DNA of 64,000 nucleotides from a virus. The notes under the pieces are model-generated. The model had not been told where the DNA came from and ran no database searches. It saw nothing but the letters and a program-made list of their open reading frames with translations. Positions within the stretch are counted from its first letter, which is position 1, and each line of letters opens with the position of its first letter. The translations under genes and the position numbers were made by a program. The stretch spans positions 10,283 through 74,282 of IMG/VR virus record IMGVR_UViG_3300044655_000639; one strand, written 5' to 3'. Of this stretch, positions 26,347 through 36,488 are shown in pieces.

Positions 26347-26590
26347 TCTATGGTGTATGTTAATGTTATGGTTAGACTATTCACTGTAGATTATTCAGGA
26401 CTTATTGACATTGCCTACATGAGTACTCTATGGTACTCTCTCGTGCTTGCTCGTCTTGTACTTCTAGGTGCTGCCTATGGTGGCAATCCCTTTAATAGAG
26501 ATGTTCAAGATGAGACTCCTTGTATAAGATTAGTGGTTAACTATGTAACGCACCATCCTACCTACTAGTTAGAGTAGGTAGTGTGATATG

Positions 26591-26998
26591 TTATGCTCTA
26601 GCCTTAGCTTCTCTATTAGCTTTGAGTTGAGCTGCTCTGGCATCATTCTCCTTCTTGAGATCTGAACCTAATGATCCAAGTCCTATTGAAGTACACATTG
26701 ATTCATGATTAGTCTTAGCTACTTTAACTGCTCCTCCAAGCTTAGCTAGTCTCTCAGCGTCTTTCTCCCATTCATCTGCTAAAGCATCTCCTTGCTCAGC
26801 TAGCATAAGAGATGTCTTTACTCCCATTTGGTAGGCTACTGATGTTGTATCTCTAGCTGCTAAGAATGCATGGGTTGATACTGTCTTGGTAGTATTGGTC
26901 ATCTTAATAATCAAGGCTTTCTTCTGTCTTGACTCTAGGTATTTGAACACACCAAATGTGAATGCTGCTAATAATACGATGATGATAAGTGTAAACAT
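26591..26998 (-). CDS. Early membrane-anchored hypothetical protein
   Basis: AGGAG RBS before MFTLIIIVLL; N-terminal TM segment. Confidence 0.65.
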   Translation of the reverse strand: MFTLIIIVLLAAFTFGVFKYLESRQKKALIIKMTNTTKTVSTHAFLAARDTTSVAYQMGVKTSLMLAEQGDALADEWEKDAERLAKLGGAVKVAKTNHESMCTSIGLGSLGSDLKKENDARAAQLKANREAKARA

Positions 26999-27102
26999 GA
27001 TGAACTCCTGCCATATAGGACTTACTTGTATATACTCTATGGTATAGATTGTAGACGTTGGTATGAACATTATCAGTGACCATGTAAAAGAGCTAGGCTC
27101 TA

Positions 27103-27126
27103 TACTACCATCCGAAGATAGTAGTA
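27103..27126 (-). terminator. cUUCGg stem-loop
   Basis: TACTACTATC-TTCG-GATGGTAGTA directly after the 27132 ORF. Confidence 0.5.
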
Positions 27127-27131
27127 AGAAC

Positions 27132-27236
27132 TCAGTGCATTACTATTGAATAGCTCTTAGGAGTCATAATGAATCCAACAATAGTAAGGAGAAGTGTAGC
27201 ATTATCTACAAGTGTAGAGATGATGATGTGTGACAT
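27132..27236 (-). CDS. First early gene, small hydrophobic peptide (34 aa)
   Basis: AAAGGA RBS; MSHIIISTLVDNATLLLTIVGFIMTPKSYSIVMH. Confidence 0.45.
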   Translation of the reverse strand: MSHIIISTLVDNATLLLTIVGFIMTPKSYSIVMH

Positions 27237-27239
27237 GGT

Positions 27240-27660
27240 AGATCCTTTGTGTAGTACATAGCTCTATGACTATGATAGTGAAGAAAGAGGCTCCACTGGA
27301 TTATAGGGGCGGATACCCTCCAACTGAATATCCCTCCACCTATCTCTGCACCCTTACAAAATATTTTCAAAACTGTGTAATCCAAATCTTAATTATTTCT
27401 TAGTAGCAGAGTAGCGCATGAAGTGGAGAATAAGGAGGGATTGTTGTATATGTTGAAGTAGATGTTTGCTGTCACTGCTACTGCGTAGGGCTAAATAAAT
27501 CTAACCCCCCAGCGCAGTCGTTAACCATTCAGATTCCTGATCGTATCATAGATCGTTATGTATTGTCAAACATAACGCTATAGTGCTCTACTATGATATG
27601 AAATATACTATAATTTGCATAACAGTAATAACATATGGTATGATTCGGTAAAGATAAGGA
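27240..27660. other. Divergent non-coding region, probable genome terminus/terminal repeat junction
   Basis: Strand switch between early genes and terminase, which is where N4-type physical ends join in a circularised assembly. Confidence 0.5.
27615..27644 (+). promoter_or_regulatory. Sigma70-type late promoter
   Basis: TTGCAT-18 bp-TATGAT with an extended TG. Confidence 0.5.
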
Positions 27661-27666
27661 GTATTA

Positions 27667-28386
27667 ATGCCAATATCGCTAGAAGTACTAAGAGATAGTC
27701 TAGGTAAGAAGAAAGGTGCTCTAGTAAGCCAAGAGACTGTAGATGAGCTGAATAGGCTAGAGGAAGATCCTGACTATGGTGATGAGTTCACTGATGCTTA
27801 TAAGCAGTATTTCAATGTACTAGAGAAGAATAGTGCATGGTCTACTCCAAAGTATATGCATGCTTTAAAGTTCTTCTCACTGATGGAGTCTGATCATAGT
27901 GCAGTAGATGCTTATGTTAAGACATTCCCTGAGAGACTAGCTGCTAGACATGCTAGAGGTGAGACCAAAAAGGATATGGGAGGAGAAGCTAGTAGATATA
28001 ATGCTAGTGCTCTAGTCAATGAGATACGAAGAGTAGCAGGAATATCTGTAAAGTTAACTCATAGACATACTATGCTGAAAGCTATACAGGTTACTACTGA
28101 TCTTATGTTGGATAGGAATGTAAGTCCTGCTGTAAGACAGAAAGCTGCAGAGACATTGATCAGAGAACTAAGACCTGAAGAGGATAGTAATGTAGTGATC
28201 AAGGTAGGTATGACTGATGATATGAAGAATCAACAGGCTAAGCTGGTAGATCATATCGGTACCATAGCACTTAACCAGCAGAAGATGCTAGCAGCAGGTA
28301 TGAGGATAGAAGATATACAAAGACTGAATGTATCAGTGATCAGAGATGAAGAATACGAGGAAGCAGAATATGTTGAAGCTGACTAA
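27667..28386 (+). CDS. Terminase small subunit (N4 gp69-like)
   Basis: Y..A.KF...AY.KTFPER...ASRYN...VRQKAA..L pattern; directly upstream of terL. Confidence 0.75.
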   Translation: MPISLEVLRDSLGKKKGALVSQETVDELNRLEEDPDYGDEFTDAYKQYFNVLEKNSAWSTPKYMHALKFFSLMESDHSAVDAYVKTFPERLAARHARGETKKDMGGEASRYNASALVNEIRRVAGISVKLTHRHTMLKAIQVTTDLMLDRNVSPAVRQKAAETLIRELRPEEDSNVVIKVGMTDDMKNQQAKLVDHIGTIALNQQKMLAAGMRIEDIQRLNVSVIRDEEYEEAEYVEAD

Positions 28387-30145
28387 TCAAGCACAAGAGA
28401 GAATCAAAGAAGGTAAACCACTGACTGTAGATGACCTACTGAATAATGTAGACCTAAGATTCAATGGTTATATACCTAGTGCAGTAGCATTTGAATTCTT
28501 TAGCTTTATACGATTATGTTTAGGAGAAGAACCTGAGAATGCTAATCCTCTAGCACACTACTTCCTGATAGATACGATATTCCAGCAGGATAATGTAAAG
28601 TTCTATATGGAGCAAAGAGGTATAGACTATGAGAGTAACAAAGGTAGGACAGCTATCATGTGTACTCGTGAATTCAGTAAGTCTACTCTAATAGGAACGT
28701 ACCTACCACTGTTCATAGCATGGAGGGGGAATATTCCTGGATATGGCGATGTCAACTATGGTCTGTATATAGGGGATAGTATGCGTAATAACGTGAAGAC
28801 TACTATGAATACTATAGAGGTGGTATATCTGGAGAGTCTATGGTTACAGGATCAGTTTGAAGCATACAGGTTCACTGATGAAGTAATGGAGCTAGTACGT
28901 AAGCCTAGGACTAAGAAAGAGATAGCTGAATATGATAAAGCTATACAGATGGGTAAGAAGAAGGAACAAGTACCTGGTAGAAGTAAGCGTAAGTTTGCTA
29001 TGAAAGGCGTAGGGGCAATGACTGGGACAAGGGGAACTAGAAGTGGACTACAAAGACCACAGTTTGCTATATTCGATGACCTGGTTCCAAGTGAGGCAGA
29101 AGCTAATAGTGAAGCAGTACTAGGAAATATACAGTCTACTATTGATAGTGATGTACTACAAGCTCTACATGGTGCTGGTAGCTTTGCTATGATTATTGGT
29201 ACACCATACAATAAGAAAGATCCGGTATATCAGAGGATTGAAAGTGGAGCATGGGTTCCAGTAGTATTCCCAATCTGTAAGGAATTAAGAGTAGATCTAA
29301 CTGAAGAAGAGTTTGAAGGTGTGTGGGAAGATCGTCATAGCTATAAGAAAGTAATGAAGAGATACCTAGATGCTATCAAAGAGGATAAGCAGAGAGGTGT
29401 AATGCAGGAACTAATGCTACGTATCAGTAGTGAAGAGGATAGGTTAATTCCTGACAGCTATATGAACTGGTTCAGTAGAGCTGATATCACTGCAAAAGGT
29501 GGTGAATACAACTGGTACATGACTACAGACTTCACAACTACAGGAAAGAAAGGTAGTGACTTCAGTGGGATAGCAGTATGGGCTGTAAATAGTAATGAAG
29601 ACTGGCTACTGGTGGATCTAAGTCTGAAGAAACTGGATCTGAATGAGCAATATGAAGAGCTATTCAGACTGGTTAATAGGTATAAGAGATTCAATGGTAG
29701 TGTAACTGTAGGAATAGAGACAGATGGACAGCAGAAAGCCCATATATTTGCAGTACAGCAGATGATGGCTAAGAAGAATGAGTACTTTACTCTAGCAAGA
29801 CAGAAAGGTAAGACAGAATTCGGTATAAGTAGTGGTGGAATCAAGAAATTCAACAGGTTTCTAGCAGGTGCAGTACCTAAGTTCCAGAATGGTAAGATAT
29901 GGTTTGCTACTGAAATCAAGAAGACTGCTGATATGCAGGAATTACTACAGGAATTACAGTATACAACCTATGCTGGATTCGGTAGTGGTAGTGATGATGG
30001 TTGTGATCTTATTACTCAAATGAGTATGATGGAAATATACGCTCCAAGTGAAGGGAATGTTAATGAAAAGCATCCTAAAGATCATATGTGGTGGGAAGAA
30101 GAACAAGAAGATGATAATATATACCTAGGATCATACATAGTATGA
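28346..30145 (+). CDS. terL: Terminase large subunit (N4 gp68-like)
   Basis: R.F.KST, G..TG.RG, RP...IFDD, IGTP, and nuclease motifs TTDF..., GIE, DD..D. The likely start is about 28370 (MLKL). Confidence 0.92.
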   Translation: MKNTRKQNMLKLTNQAQERIKEGKPLTVDDLLNNVDLRFNGYIPSAVAFEFFSFIRLCLGEEPENANPLAHYFLIDTIFQQDNVKFYMEQRGIDYESNKGRTAIMCTREFSKSTLIGTYLPLFIAWRGNIPGYGDVNYGLYIGDSMRNNVKTTMNTIEVVYLESLWLQDQFEAYRFTDEVMELVRKPRTKKEIAEYDKAIQMGKKKEQVPGRSKRKFAMKGVGAMTGTRGTRSGLQRPQFAIFDDLVPSEAEANSEAVLGNIQSTIDSDVLQALHGAGSFAMIIGTPYNKKDPVYQRIESGAWVPVVFPICKELRVDLTEEEFEGVWEDRHSYKKVMKRYLDAIKEDKQRGVMQELMLRISSEEDRLIPDSYMNWFSRADITAKGGEYNWYMTTDFTTTGKKGSDFSGIAVWAVNSNEDWLLVDLSLKKLDLNEQYEELFRLVNRYKRFNGSVTVGIETDGQQKAHIFAVQQMMAKKNEYFTLARQKGKTEFGISSGGIKKFNRFLAGAVPKFQNGKIWFATEIKKTADMQELLQELQYTTYAGFGSGSDDGCDLITQMSMMEIYAPSEGNVNEKHPKDHMWWEEEQEDDNIYLGSYIV

Positions 30146-30151
30146 TATAAT
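30143..30151 (+). promoter_or_regulatory. Extended -10 late promoter
   Basis: TGATATAAT upstream of an AAGGAG RBS. Confidence 0.55.
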
Positions 30152-30175
30152 ATCGTAAATATAAAGGAGACTCCT

Positions 30176-30820
30176 ATGACTGTAGCTGATGTTATTGAAT
30201 ATGCAAAGTATGGGGAACTGGCACAGCTGGGTGTAGTAGCACAATTAAAAAGTAATGATCCTATAGAAGTAGTAGATGCAGAGAAACAAGTGTTAAGCTA
30301 TATCAACCTAGGACTGCTAGAACTGCATAAGAGATTCAATCTCAATACAAAAAGACTAGTAGTAACGATGGTCACAGGAACATCAACATATACAATAACA
30401 GCTACTGATTTCAATAAGGTACTAGAAGTATATGATTATACTGGTACTAAGCTTCTACTGAATGAGACTACTGATAGTGATAGTATTACAACTCCTACAT
30501 ATAATACGCTATCAGTACCTAATGCTGCAACAGGTGAAGATATCACGATTGTATATAATGCTTCTCCAACAACACTGGCATGGTCTACTCCTTTATCAGG
30601 TGTAACAGTACCACTTCCCCCAGTAATGTTAGAAGCCTTACTGCACTATATAGGGTATAGAGCACATGGAGCTATAAATGGTAATGTAGATGGTGAAAAC
30701 AATACGCACTATATGAGGTTTGAAGCTAGCTGTAAGAAGATGACAGATATTGGTATTGGTATCAGTATTGACACACCATTAGAGAATGGAACTCTATTAG
30801 AAGCAAAGGGATGGGTATAA
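30176..30820 (+). CDS. Virion adaptor/structural protein (N4 gp67-like)
   Basis: YGEL...INLGL..LHKRF.L...LEALL.YI.YR...FE..C...GWV pattern; synteny. Confidence 0.75.
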   Translation: MTVADVIEYAKYGELAQLGVVAQLKSNDPIEVVDAEKQVLSYINLGLLELHKRFNLNTKRLVVTMVTGTSTYTITATDFNKVLEVYDYTGTKLLLNETTDSDSITTPTYNTLSVPNAATGEDITIVYNASPTTLAWSTPLSGVTVPLPPVMLEALLHYIGYRAHGAINGNVDGENNTHYMRFEASCKKMTDIGIGISIDTPLENGTLLEAKGWV

Positions 30821-30821
30821 C

Positions 30822-33800
30822 ATGGCGAAACAATTACAACTACGCAGAGGGACAACTACTGAACATGCTACATTTACTGGTGCAGAAGCAGAAGTAACAG
30901 TAGATACTACAAAGGATACACTGGTAGTACATGATGGTGTGCTAGCTGGAGGATATCCTCTAGCAAAAGATAGTACAGTAGTGCATCTATCAGGTGCTGA
31001 AACTATTACTGGAGTAAAGACATTCAGTGCTCAACCAGTAGGTATCACAAAAGCTAGTGTAGGGCTAGGTAATGTAGCAAATACAGCACAAGTAACAGCA
31101 GTGACTGGTACAGCTCCTATAGTAAGTTCTGGAGGTACAACTCCTGCTATAAGTATGGCTGCAGCTACTGCGTCTGTTAATGGATATATGACAAGTACAT
31201 ATGCCAGTAAGCTAGATGGTATAGCTACAGGTGCTCAAGTTAATGTAGCTACTGATCTAACTGTAACAGCTGGTACAACATCAGGACCTACTATCAATAG
31301 CTCTACTGGATCGGATGTAGTGATACCGTCAGCAAGCGGTACAAATTCTGGTATAGTAACTACTGGAGCACAGACATTTGCTGGAGCTAAGACACTAACA
31401 TCACCAGTACTAGTGACACCTTCAATAGGAGTAGCCACTGGTACAAGCTTTAATAGTATTACAGCATTAGCAGATACTCTTCCACTAAATAATGGGACTG
31501 CTGCTATAGGTACAAGTACTAAAGTAGCAAGACAAGATCACGTACATGCTCTGCAGTCATATACTACTGGCGTGCAAGACTGGCGTGATACTGCTATGTC
31601 TAAAGCACAGTTCAATGCGCTTGCAGCGGAACGTAGAGCAAATCGGGCTGGAAGTGGGTTTGACAGTTTTGGGGCTAATTATTTTGCTGATAATATTCAA
31701 GGTATAAGAGCGTTATCAACCAATGTAAATTCATTCTTTTTAGGTAGTGATGTTTTAAACTCAGCGGGTAACATAAAAACTGTTATTAATGGGGTACAAC
31801 ATAAAATTTACGATGGAGTATCAAGTTATAAAGACCAAATTGTTTCCCTGCCATCGGCTCCAACAATCTACCAGTTCGGCACAACTCTAACCGCTGAACA
31901 AATCGCATCAGGGTGTATCACTCATGTTGATGCGAGTAATAGTGGATTGATTACGAATGGTAAGTTTGATAATACTGATACGAGTGGGTGGACTCCATAT
32001 CTGGGGGCTTCATTATCTATTGTATCAAATAAATTACGGGTAACTGCAACGACTACTGACGCAAACCCAAGGGCTACAGAAGCAATCCCTACGGTTATAG
32101 GTAAAAAGTACGTTATTGAGGCAGAGCAGTACAAAGGAACAAATGCGTCTACTTATATTGCTGTGTCTAATACTTCTAGTGGTACGTCTCCTTATGCAAT
32201 ACTAAATAGTACAGTAGACGGAAGGGTAACACTTGAGTTTACAGCTACCGCTACAACTTCGTACATTGGAGTATTCACTGTAGGCTCTATCATAGGTAAC
32301 TACTCAGAATTCGACAACATCGCAGTATTCCCATCAGATGCAATCTCACGTTCTGACTTGGTATTCCTTGAGTCATGGCATGAAGATGTATCAGAGAAAG
32401 ACTTTGTGTATCCATTAGGTAATGTCCAGTATCTCGGAACAACTGGAGATAGTGGCACACCCGTAGCTGGAGCATTTGCAGGGTTTGGTACTTATTCACT
32501 ATTTGGCAATTGGCAAGCATCAGGGGCTTTAGTCGGCAAAGGGTATGTATGGAGTACTCTATCCGATGCCAACAAGAAAGCTTTTCTAGCTAATCCTGAG
32601 AATAACTGCTACTTGGATGGGGATAAGGTTATTCAGGTTCGGTATCGTATGAGGGTTGTGCAAGGTTGGGGTGATAGTTGGGAAAATAATTGTGATGTAT
32701 CTGGCATAACACGATTGGCGTATGCGAGTGGTAATGCACGAGTTAAGCCAAAAGGCAAACAAGTATCAATCCTAAATGACCTAAATTCTTTTAGTGGTGA
32801 TAGAACAGCGTGGTATGTATCTTATGACCATACTGATGCTAAAGCTGACATACAAACTCAAATAGGAGCGTTTCAAAGTACGTTAGGGTCTACACTATTA
32901 GATAGCGTTGCGTCTTACGAAGGTAAATGTTACGCAATGCCCATAGCACTTGTCCACCGACGTAATCAAGGTGGGTACCATCCTGTTTATAATAGCAATG
33001 GTACATTGATGGCTAATGATACTACAGTTGATGCTCGTAGATATTGGCATCATAGCAATGCTTTTAAACCCACTTCAATATCAGATTGTTTTTTAACTGG
33101 TGTTGGTAGTAGTCTTATAGGGTTTCATTCACATAGTGGGACTATAGCTTCAACTTATCAAGGAAGACATGATGGCTTATTCTACGACCAAATACACGAA
33201 GGTGACATCATTGACCTTCGCAATTCTTCACAAAAAGTTGAAGATTATAATAGATTACTTAGTCGTGAGTTCAACAAATCGGTTGCAGGTACTACACGTG
33301 GGGCTGAGGGGGAGCGGGGTGTAACATACTCACTGGATACAACTGTAAGTTCTGTTTCATTCTTTGCTGGTACTACAAATGGATTGGGTACATATATAGT
33401 TATACCAACTCCTGTTTCTTTTCTAACTGTTGACACATATCAAGAAATAGTTAATGGGGTGGCAAAATACTTTGCAGTTATTAACGGTATTCCATACTAT
33501 CTTACAAGACGGGATAATGGTACTACACTTTATATCCAAAAAATACTTGGGGAAAAAACAAGTTTTACTGGCTCTATTTCAGCAGGTAATAGCGTACAAA
33601 TCTTGGTTGTAACTAAAACAACCCGCACCAAATCCAATACCATAACCCATACAGACATTATCGGTTCGCCTGCTAATTATCCTACAGCATGGAAGCAATC
33701 AGGCGTAAGCGGAACACCTCTAATCGTGGCTGAGGGTGGAACAAGTCTATTACCAACTGGAACTACTGGCTCAGATGGTTTAGCAGTGTATAAGCTATCA

Positions 33801-34688
33801 CGTAAAGCTAATGCTACACCTTTGCAAGTATTAAAATCTACAAATAGTGGTGCTACTTGGACGCTACTTATTAGTGCTACGCACTACACGTTTTCAACTA
33901 CTGGAAATTACATTGAATTTATCACTGGGCATAGACCCCTTGTAGCAGACTTGATTATGGTGACGTATCAGACTAAGACACAGATGGCATTACCTTCTGT
34001 AAATAGTGAAGTGTTGGCGGTAGGTATGGTGTTAGGGACTAACTCTTTAAGCAGGGCTCATATCACAAGCTCATTAATAGGAAAAATACCAGTATTTAGC
34101 CAAGATTCAAGTCAATACGCTCATCAGGTATCCAATTGGGTTACATCGCCCGTGTTAAGCGCAGCCAATGGGGTGATGCTAGGTGGTGGAAACACGGGAT
34201 ATAACCCGTTACACAATATCGTAACTCTTCCATCTAATACGGCACCTGCCGCTAAAGTATTCCCATACCTAACACGCTCAAATGGTAAAGCCTACTTAAA
34301 CTTAGTATTCAAAGAGATGAAGTTCGGTAGTTTTGTAGCTCCTACTGTGGACACTGGAGCTTCTATCTCACACGTACAATATGCAACTTATCAAGTCAGT
34401 ATTGCAGGGTGTCCGTTAGATGGCGAGATAGTGCAGTGGACAGCTACTACTGCTACGGCTGCTATCAACTGGGCTTTATACAATAAGAACGCAGATGGTT
34501 CACTCTATGTTATCTCTAGCGGTGCTGCTTATACAAACGCTAAGATGTTCGATGGCAACTCATGGGGTGATGATAGTAAGTTTAACATCGTAGATAACGT
34601 AAGCACCACTACAGACGATAACGGTGCTACTGTATTAATAGGGCAAAAACGTATCGAACTACCATACTTTATAGGCGCAGGAGAGTAA
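30822..34688 (+). CDS. Tail fibre/receptor-binding protein with Mtd-like N-terminus
   Basis: LQLRRGTT.EH..FTGA..EVTVDT....LVVHDG...GG.PLA N-terminal domain, Thr/Gly-rich shaft, and a CBM-like NGxF..GW module. Confidence 0.85.
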   Translation: MAKQLQLRRGTTTEHATFTGAEAEVTVDTTKDTLVVHDGVLAGGYPLAKDSTVVHLSGAETITGVKTFSAQPVGITKASVGLGNVANTAQVTAVTGTAPIVSSGGTTPAISMAAATASVNGYMTSTYASKLDGIATGAQVNVATDLTVTAGTTSGPTINSSTGSDVVIPSASGTNSGIVTTGAQTFAGAKTLTSPVLVTPSIGVATGTSFNSITALADTLPLNNGTAAIGTSTKVARQDHVHALQSYTTGVQDWRDTAMSKAQFNALAAERRANRAGSGFDSFGANYFADNIQGIRALSTNVNSFFLGSDVLNSAGNIKTVINGVQHKIYDGVSSYKDQIVSLPSAPTIYQFGTTLTAEQIASGCITHVDASNSGLITNGKFDNTDTSGWTPYLGASLSIVSNKLRVTATTTDANPRATEAIPTVIGKKYVIEAEQYKGTNASTYIAVSNTSSGTSPYAILNSTVDGRVTLEFTATATTSYIGVFTVGSIIGNYSEFDNIAVFPSDAISRSDLVFLESWHEDVSEKDFVYPLGNVQYLGTTGDSGTPVAGAFAGFGTYSLFGNWQASGALVGKGYVWSTLSDANKKAFLANPENNCYLDGDKVIQVRYRMRVVQGWGDSWENNCDVSGITRLAYASGNARVKPKGKQVSILNDLNSFSGDRTAWYVSYDHTDAKADIQTQIGAFQSTLGSTLLDSVASYEGKCYAMPIALVHRRNQGGYHPVYNSNGTLMANDTTVDARRYWHHSNAFKPTSISDCFLTGVGSSLIGFHSHSGTIASTYQGRHDGLFYDQIHEGDIIDLRNSSQKVEDYNRLLSREFNKSVAGTTRGAEGERGVTYSLDTTVSSVSFFAGTTNGLGTYIVIPTPVSFLTVDTYQEIVNGVAKYFAVINGIPYYLTRRDNGTTLYIQKILGEKTSFTGSISAGNSVQILVVTKTTRTKSNTITHTDIIGSPANYPTAWKQSGVSGTPLIVAEGGTSLLPTGTTGSDGLAVYKLSRKANATPLQVLKSTNSGATWTLLISATHYTFSTTGNYIEFITGHRPLVADLIMVTYQTKTQMALPSVNSEVLAVGMVLGTNSLSRAHITSSLIGKIPVFSQDSSQYAHQVSNWVTSPVLSAANGVMLGGGNTGYNPLHNIVTLPSNTAPAAKVFPYLTRSNGKAYLNLVFKEMKFGSFVAPTVDTGASISHVQYATYQVSIAGCPLDGEIVQWTATTATAAINWALYNKNADGSLYVISSGAAYTNAKMFDGNSWGDDSKFNIVDNVSTTTDDNGATVLIGQKRIELPYFIGAGE

Positions 34689-34689
34689 C

Positions 34690-35064
34690 ATGGATTTATT
34701 CAAAACAAACGGGCAACTAAAAGCTAGAGGGAAACTTCTAGCAGACTTGCAAGATGAGCGTACAGCGGCAGAGTATGAAATCTGGAAACAGACTAATGAT
34801 GAAACATTCATGGAAGATGTTATAGTTGGTCAAGATGAAGATGGCAACGACATTATAGAGTCACAGCAAGTCAATGTGTTTGAAGCTCCTATCGTAACTG
34901 AAGAGGAACTAGATGCTTATCTAAAGACACGTTACCGTGAGATGAGACAAGCGGAATATCCTAGTCCAACAGATTATCTCGATGCTATCGTCAAGGGCGA
35001 TACAGTAGCTCAAAAGGCTTATATTGACGCTTGTCTAGCAGTGAAAGTGAAGTATCCGAAATGA
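34690..35064 (+). CDS. Tail fibre assembly/chaperone protein
   Basis: YR..R..EYP...DYLDAIVK......YI..CLAVK.KYPK C-terminal motif directly after the fibre gene. Confidence 0.7.
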   Translation: MDLFKTNGQLKARGKLLADLQDERTAAEYEIWKQTNDETFMEDVIVGQDEDGNDIIESQQVNVFEAPIVTEEELDAYLKTRYREMRQAEYPSPTDYLDAIVKGDTVAQKAYIDACLAVKVKYPK

Positions 35065-35375
35065 AGATGATTATAGCTCTATTAATAACGCTATCTTTGA
35101 GTGCTGAGACGTTCTTTGAGCAAGAGGATAAACAAAAGCACATCATAGGTTCTATGGCTATCGGTGGAGTTGCTACTGGATTGGCAAGACATTACGGTTC
35201 TAATAAGTTTGAGGCTATTGCTATCGGTGTTGCTTCGGCTTTGTTAGTTGGTATCGCTAAAGAGGCTATTGATGGTAAAGGCTATGGCACTGAGGATGTA
35301 GGCGATGTGTATGCAGATACAATTGGAGCAGTTAGTGGTAGTTTATTATCTGCTCAATTCAATTGGAAGTTTTAA
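35061..35375 (+). CDS. YfiM-like exported/membrane protein
   Basis: Signal peptide, then DK.KH...S, G.AKE..D and D..AD..G motifs; start at the ATGA overlap. Confidence 0.7.
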   Translation: MKMIIALLITLSLSAETFFEQEDKQKHIIGSMAIGGVATGLARHYGSNKFEAIAIGVASALLVGIAKEAIDGKGYGTEDVGDVYADTIGAVSGSLLSAQFNWKF

Positions 35376-35438
35376 GTTTATGACGTATTCTAAGTTGCTT
35401 ATGAAGCTGCCTATAGTTCTTAGAAAATTTATTTATGG

Positions 35439-36128
35439 ATGGTTTATGTAATGTTAGATTACCTAAGACGTTTGTGGGCGAGATACAATCCTTTCGACAT
35501 CAAATGGTATATCCACGATATGTCTGAGCCTCTCCACGAATTTAGAAAAGCACTCGAAGAGATACGGCATGGGAATAATGTCACTATCGCATTATTAGAA
35601 AATGAACTAGCGGAAAAAGAGTTTATCCTACAGCAATTTGCCGATGTCATCCCTGACATGGTATGGCTCAAAGAGTATGATGATGAAGGTAGTGGTGGTA
35701 AATATGTGTATGCTAATCGTGCTATACGTGACCAATTACTGTTATGCCCTAACCCAATAGGCTCTACGGATATAGAACTGGCATTGAGAGCTAAGGAAAT
35801 CTATGGTGTTCATAATCACACGTTTGGTGAGAAGTGCAGTAATAGTGATTTGGCTACTATCGAGAACGATAAGCTCGGTCATAAGTCAAGCAGGTTTTTG
35901 GAGTCGGGGCTAGTAAAGGGCAAGATGATGTATCTGGAAGTGCATAAATCTGTTGTACGTACTGACAAGGGAAAAATCATCGGAGTGTGTGGAAGTGGCA
36001 GGATTATCACTGATTATATCGAAGCCGTTAAAGAGCTAGAGACTCTACAACAAGATGACATCAAGTGCTGTCTATCCATCAAGAAGCTAGTTGAAGTGTT
36101 TAAAAAATATGAATTCGAGGAGGAGTAA
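35439..36128 (+). CDS. Stand-alone PAS-domain protein
   Basis: D.IPDMVWLK...GKYVYAN.A...IG.TD.EL...HTFGE.C..SD...YLEVHK..V....G.IIGVCG.GR.ITD; no output domain. Confidence 0.85.
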   Translation: MVYVMLDYLRRLWARYNPFDIKWYIHDMSEPLHEFRKALEEIRHGNNVTIALLENELAEKEFILQQFADVIPDMVWLKEYDDEGSGGKYVYANRAIRDQLLLCPNPIGSTDIELALRAKEIYGVHNHTFGEKCSNSDLATIENDKLGHKSSRFLESGLVKGKMMYLEVHKSVVRTDKGKIIGVCGSGRIITDYIEAVKELETLQQDDIKCCLSIKKLVEVFKKYEFEEE

Positions 36129-36130
36129 GT

Positions 36131-36355
36131 ATGGCTGCTGAAACGTGGGAGGAGGTACGGTATCACGTCCTTGGACAACTTCCCGTCCTCAATAAAAAGA
36201 TTGATAGTCTTGAGACAAAGCTAGGAGTCGTAGAGACTAAGTTCGAGTCAGGGATGGCGGTGATAACCACTAAGATGGGGATGATAACTTTTATATCATC
36301 ATCAGTCGTATCTATCATCGTAGGACTTGCAGTACATTTTTTGGGAGGTAAGTAA
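36131..36355 (+). CDS. Holin/antiholin-like protein (coiled coil plus one C-terminal TM)
   Basis: Topology and position upstream of the endolysin. Confidence 0.5.
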   Translation: MAAETWEEVRYHVLGQLPVLNKKIDSLETKLGVVETKFESGMAVITTKMGMITFISSSVVSIIVGLAVHFLGGK

Positions 36356-36480
36356 TGCACAAAGTAGACAAGCTCTCTAGGGAGTTGGCAAGACTGATAC
36401 AAGAGAAGAAATACAAAGAGGCGAAAGCTATATACGAAGAACTAGGCGAAGTCCTAGAGACTTATCAATGGTGCTGTTAG
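36355..36480 (+). CDS. Small hypothetical protein (41 aa)
   Basis: GGAGG RBS and TAATG overlap; MHKVDKLSRELARLIQEKKYKEAKAIYEELGEVLETYQWCC. Confidence 0.55.
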   Translation: MHKVDKLSRELARLIQEKKYKEAKAIYEELGEVLETYQWCC

Positions 36481-36488
36481 GAGAATAG

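Noticed and set aside
27103-27126. N4 virion-RNAP hairpin promoter (C-GAA-G)
   Set aside because: The stem does not extend around a 3-nt loop; it pairs better as a cUUCGg RNA hairpin on the minus strand.
30822-31000. Mtd-like N-terminus suggesting a diversity-generating retroelement
   Set aside because: No reverse transcriptase, Avd or TR/VR pair is visible in the window, and this N-terminal domain is a common fibre anchor.
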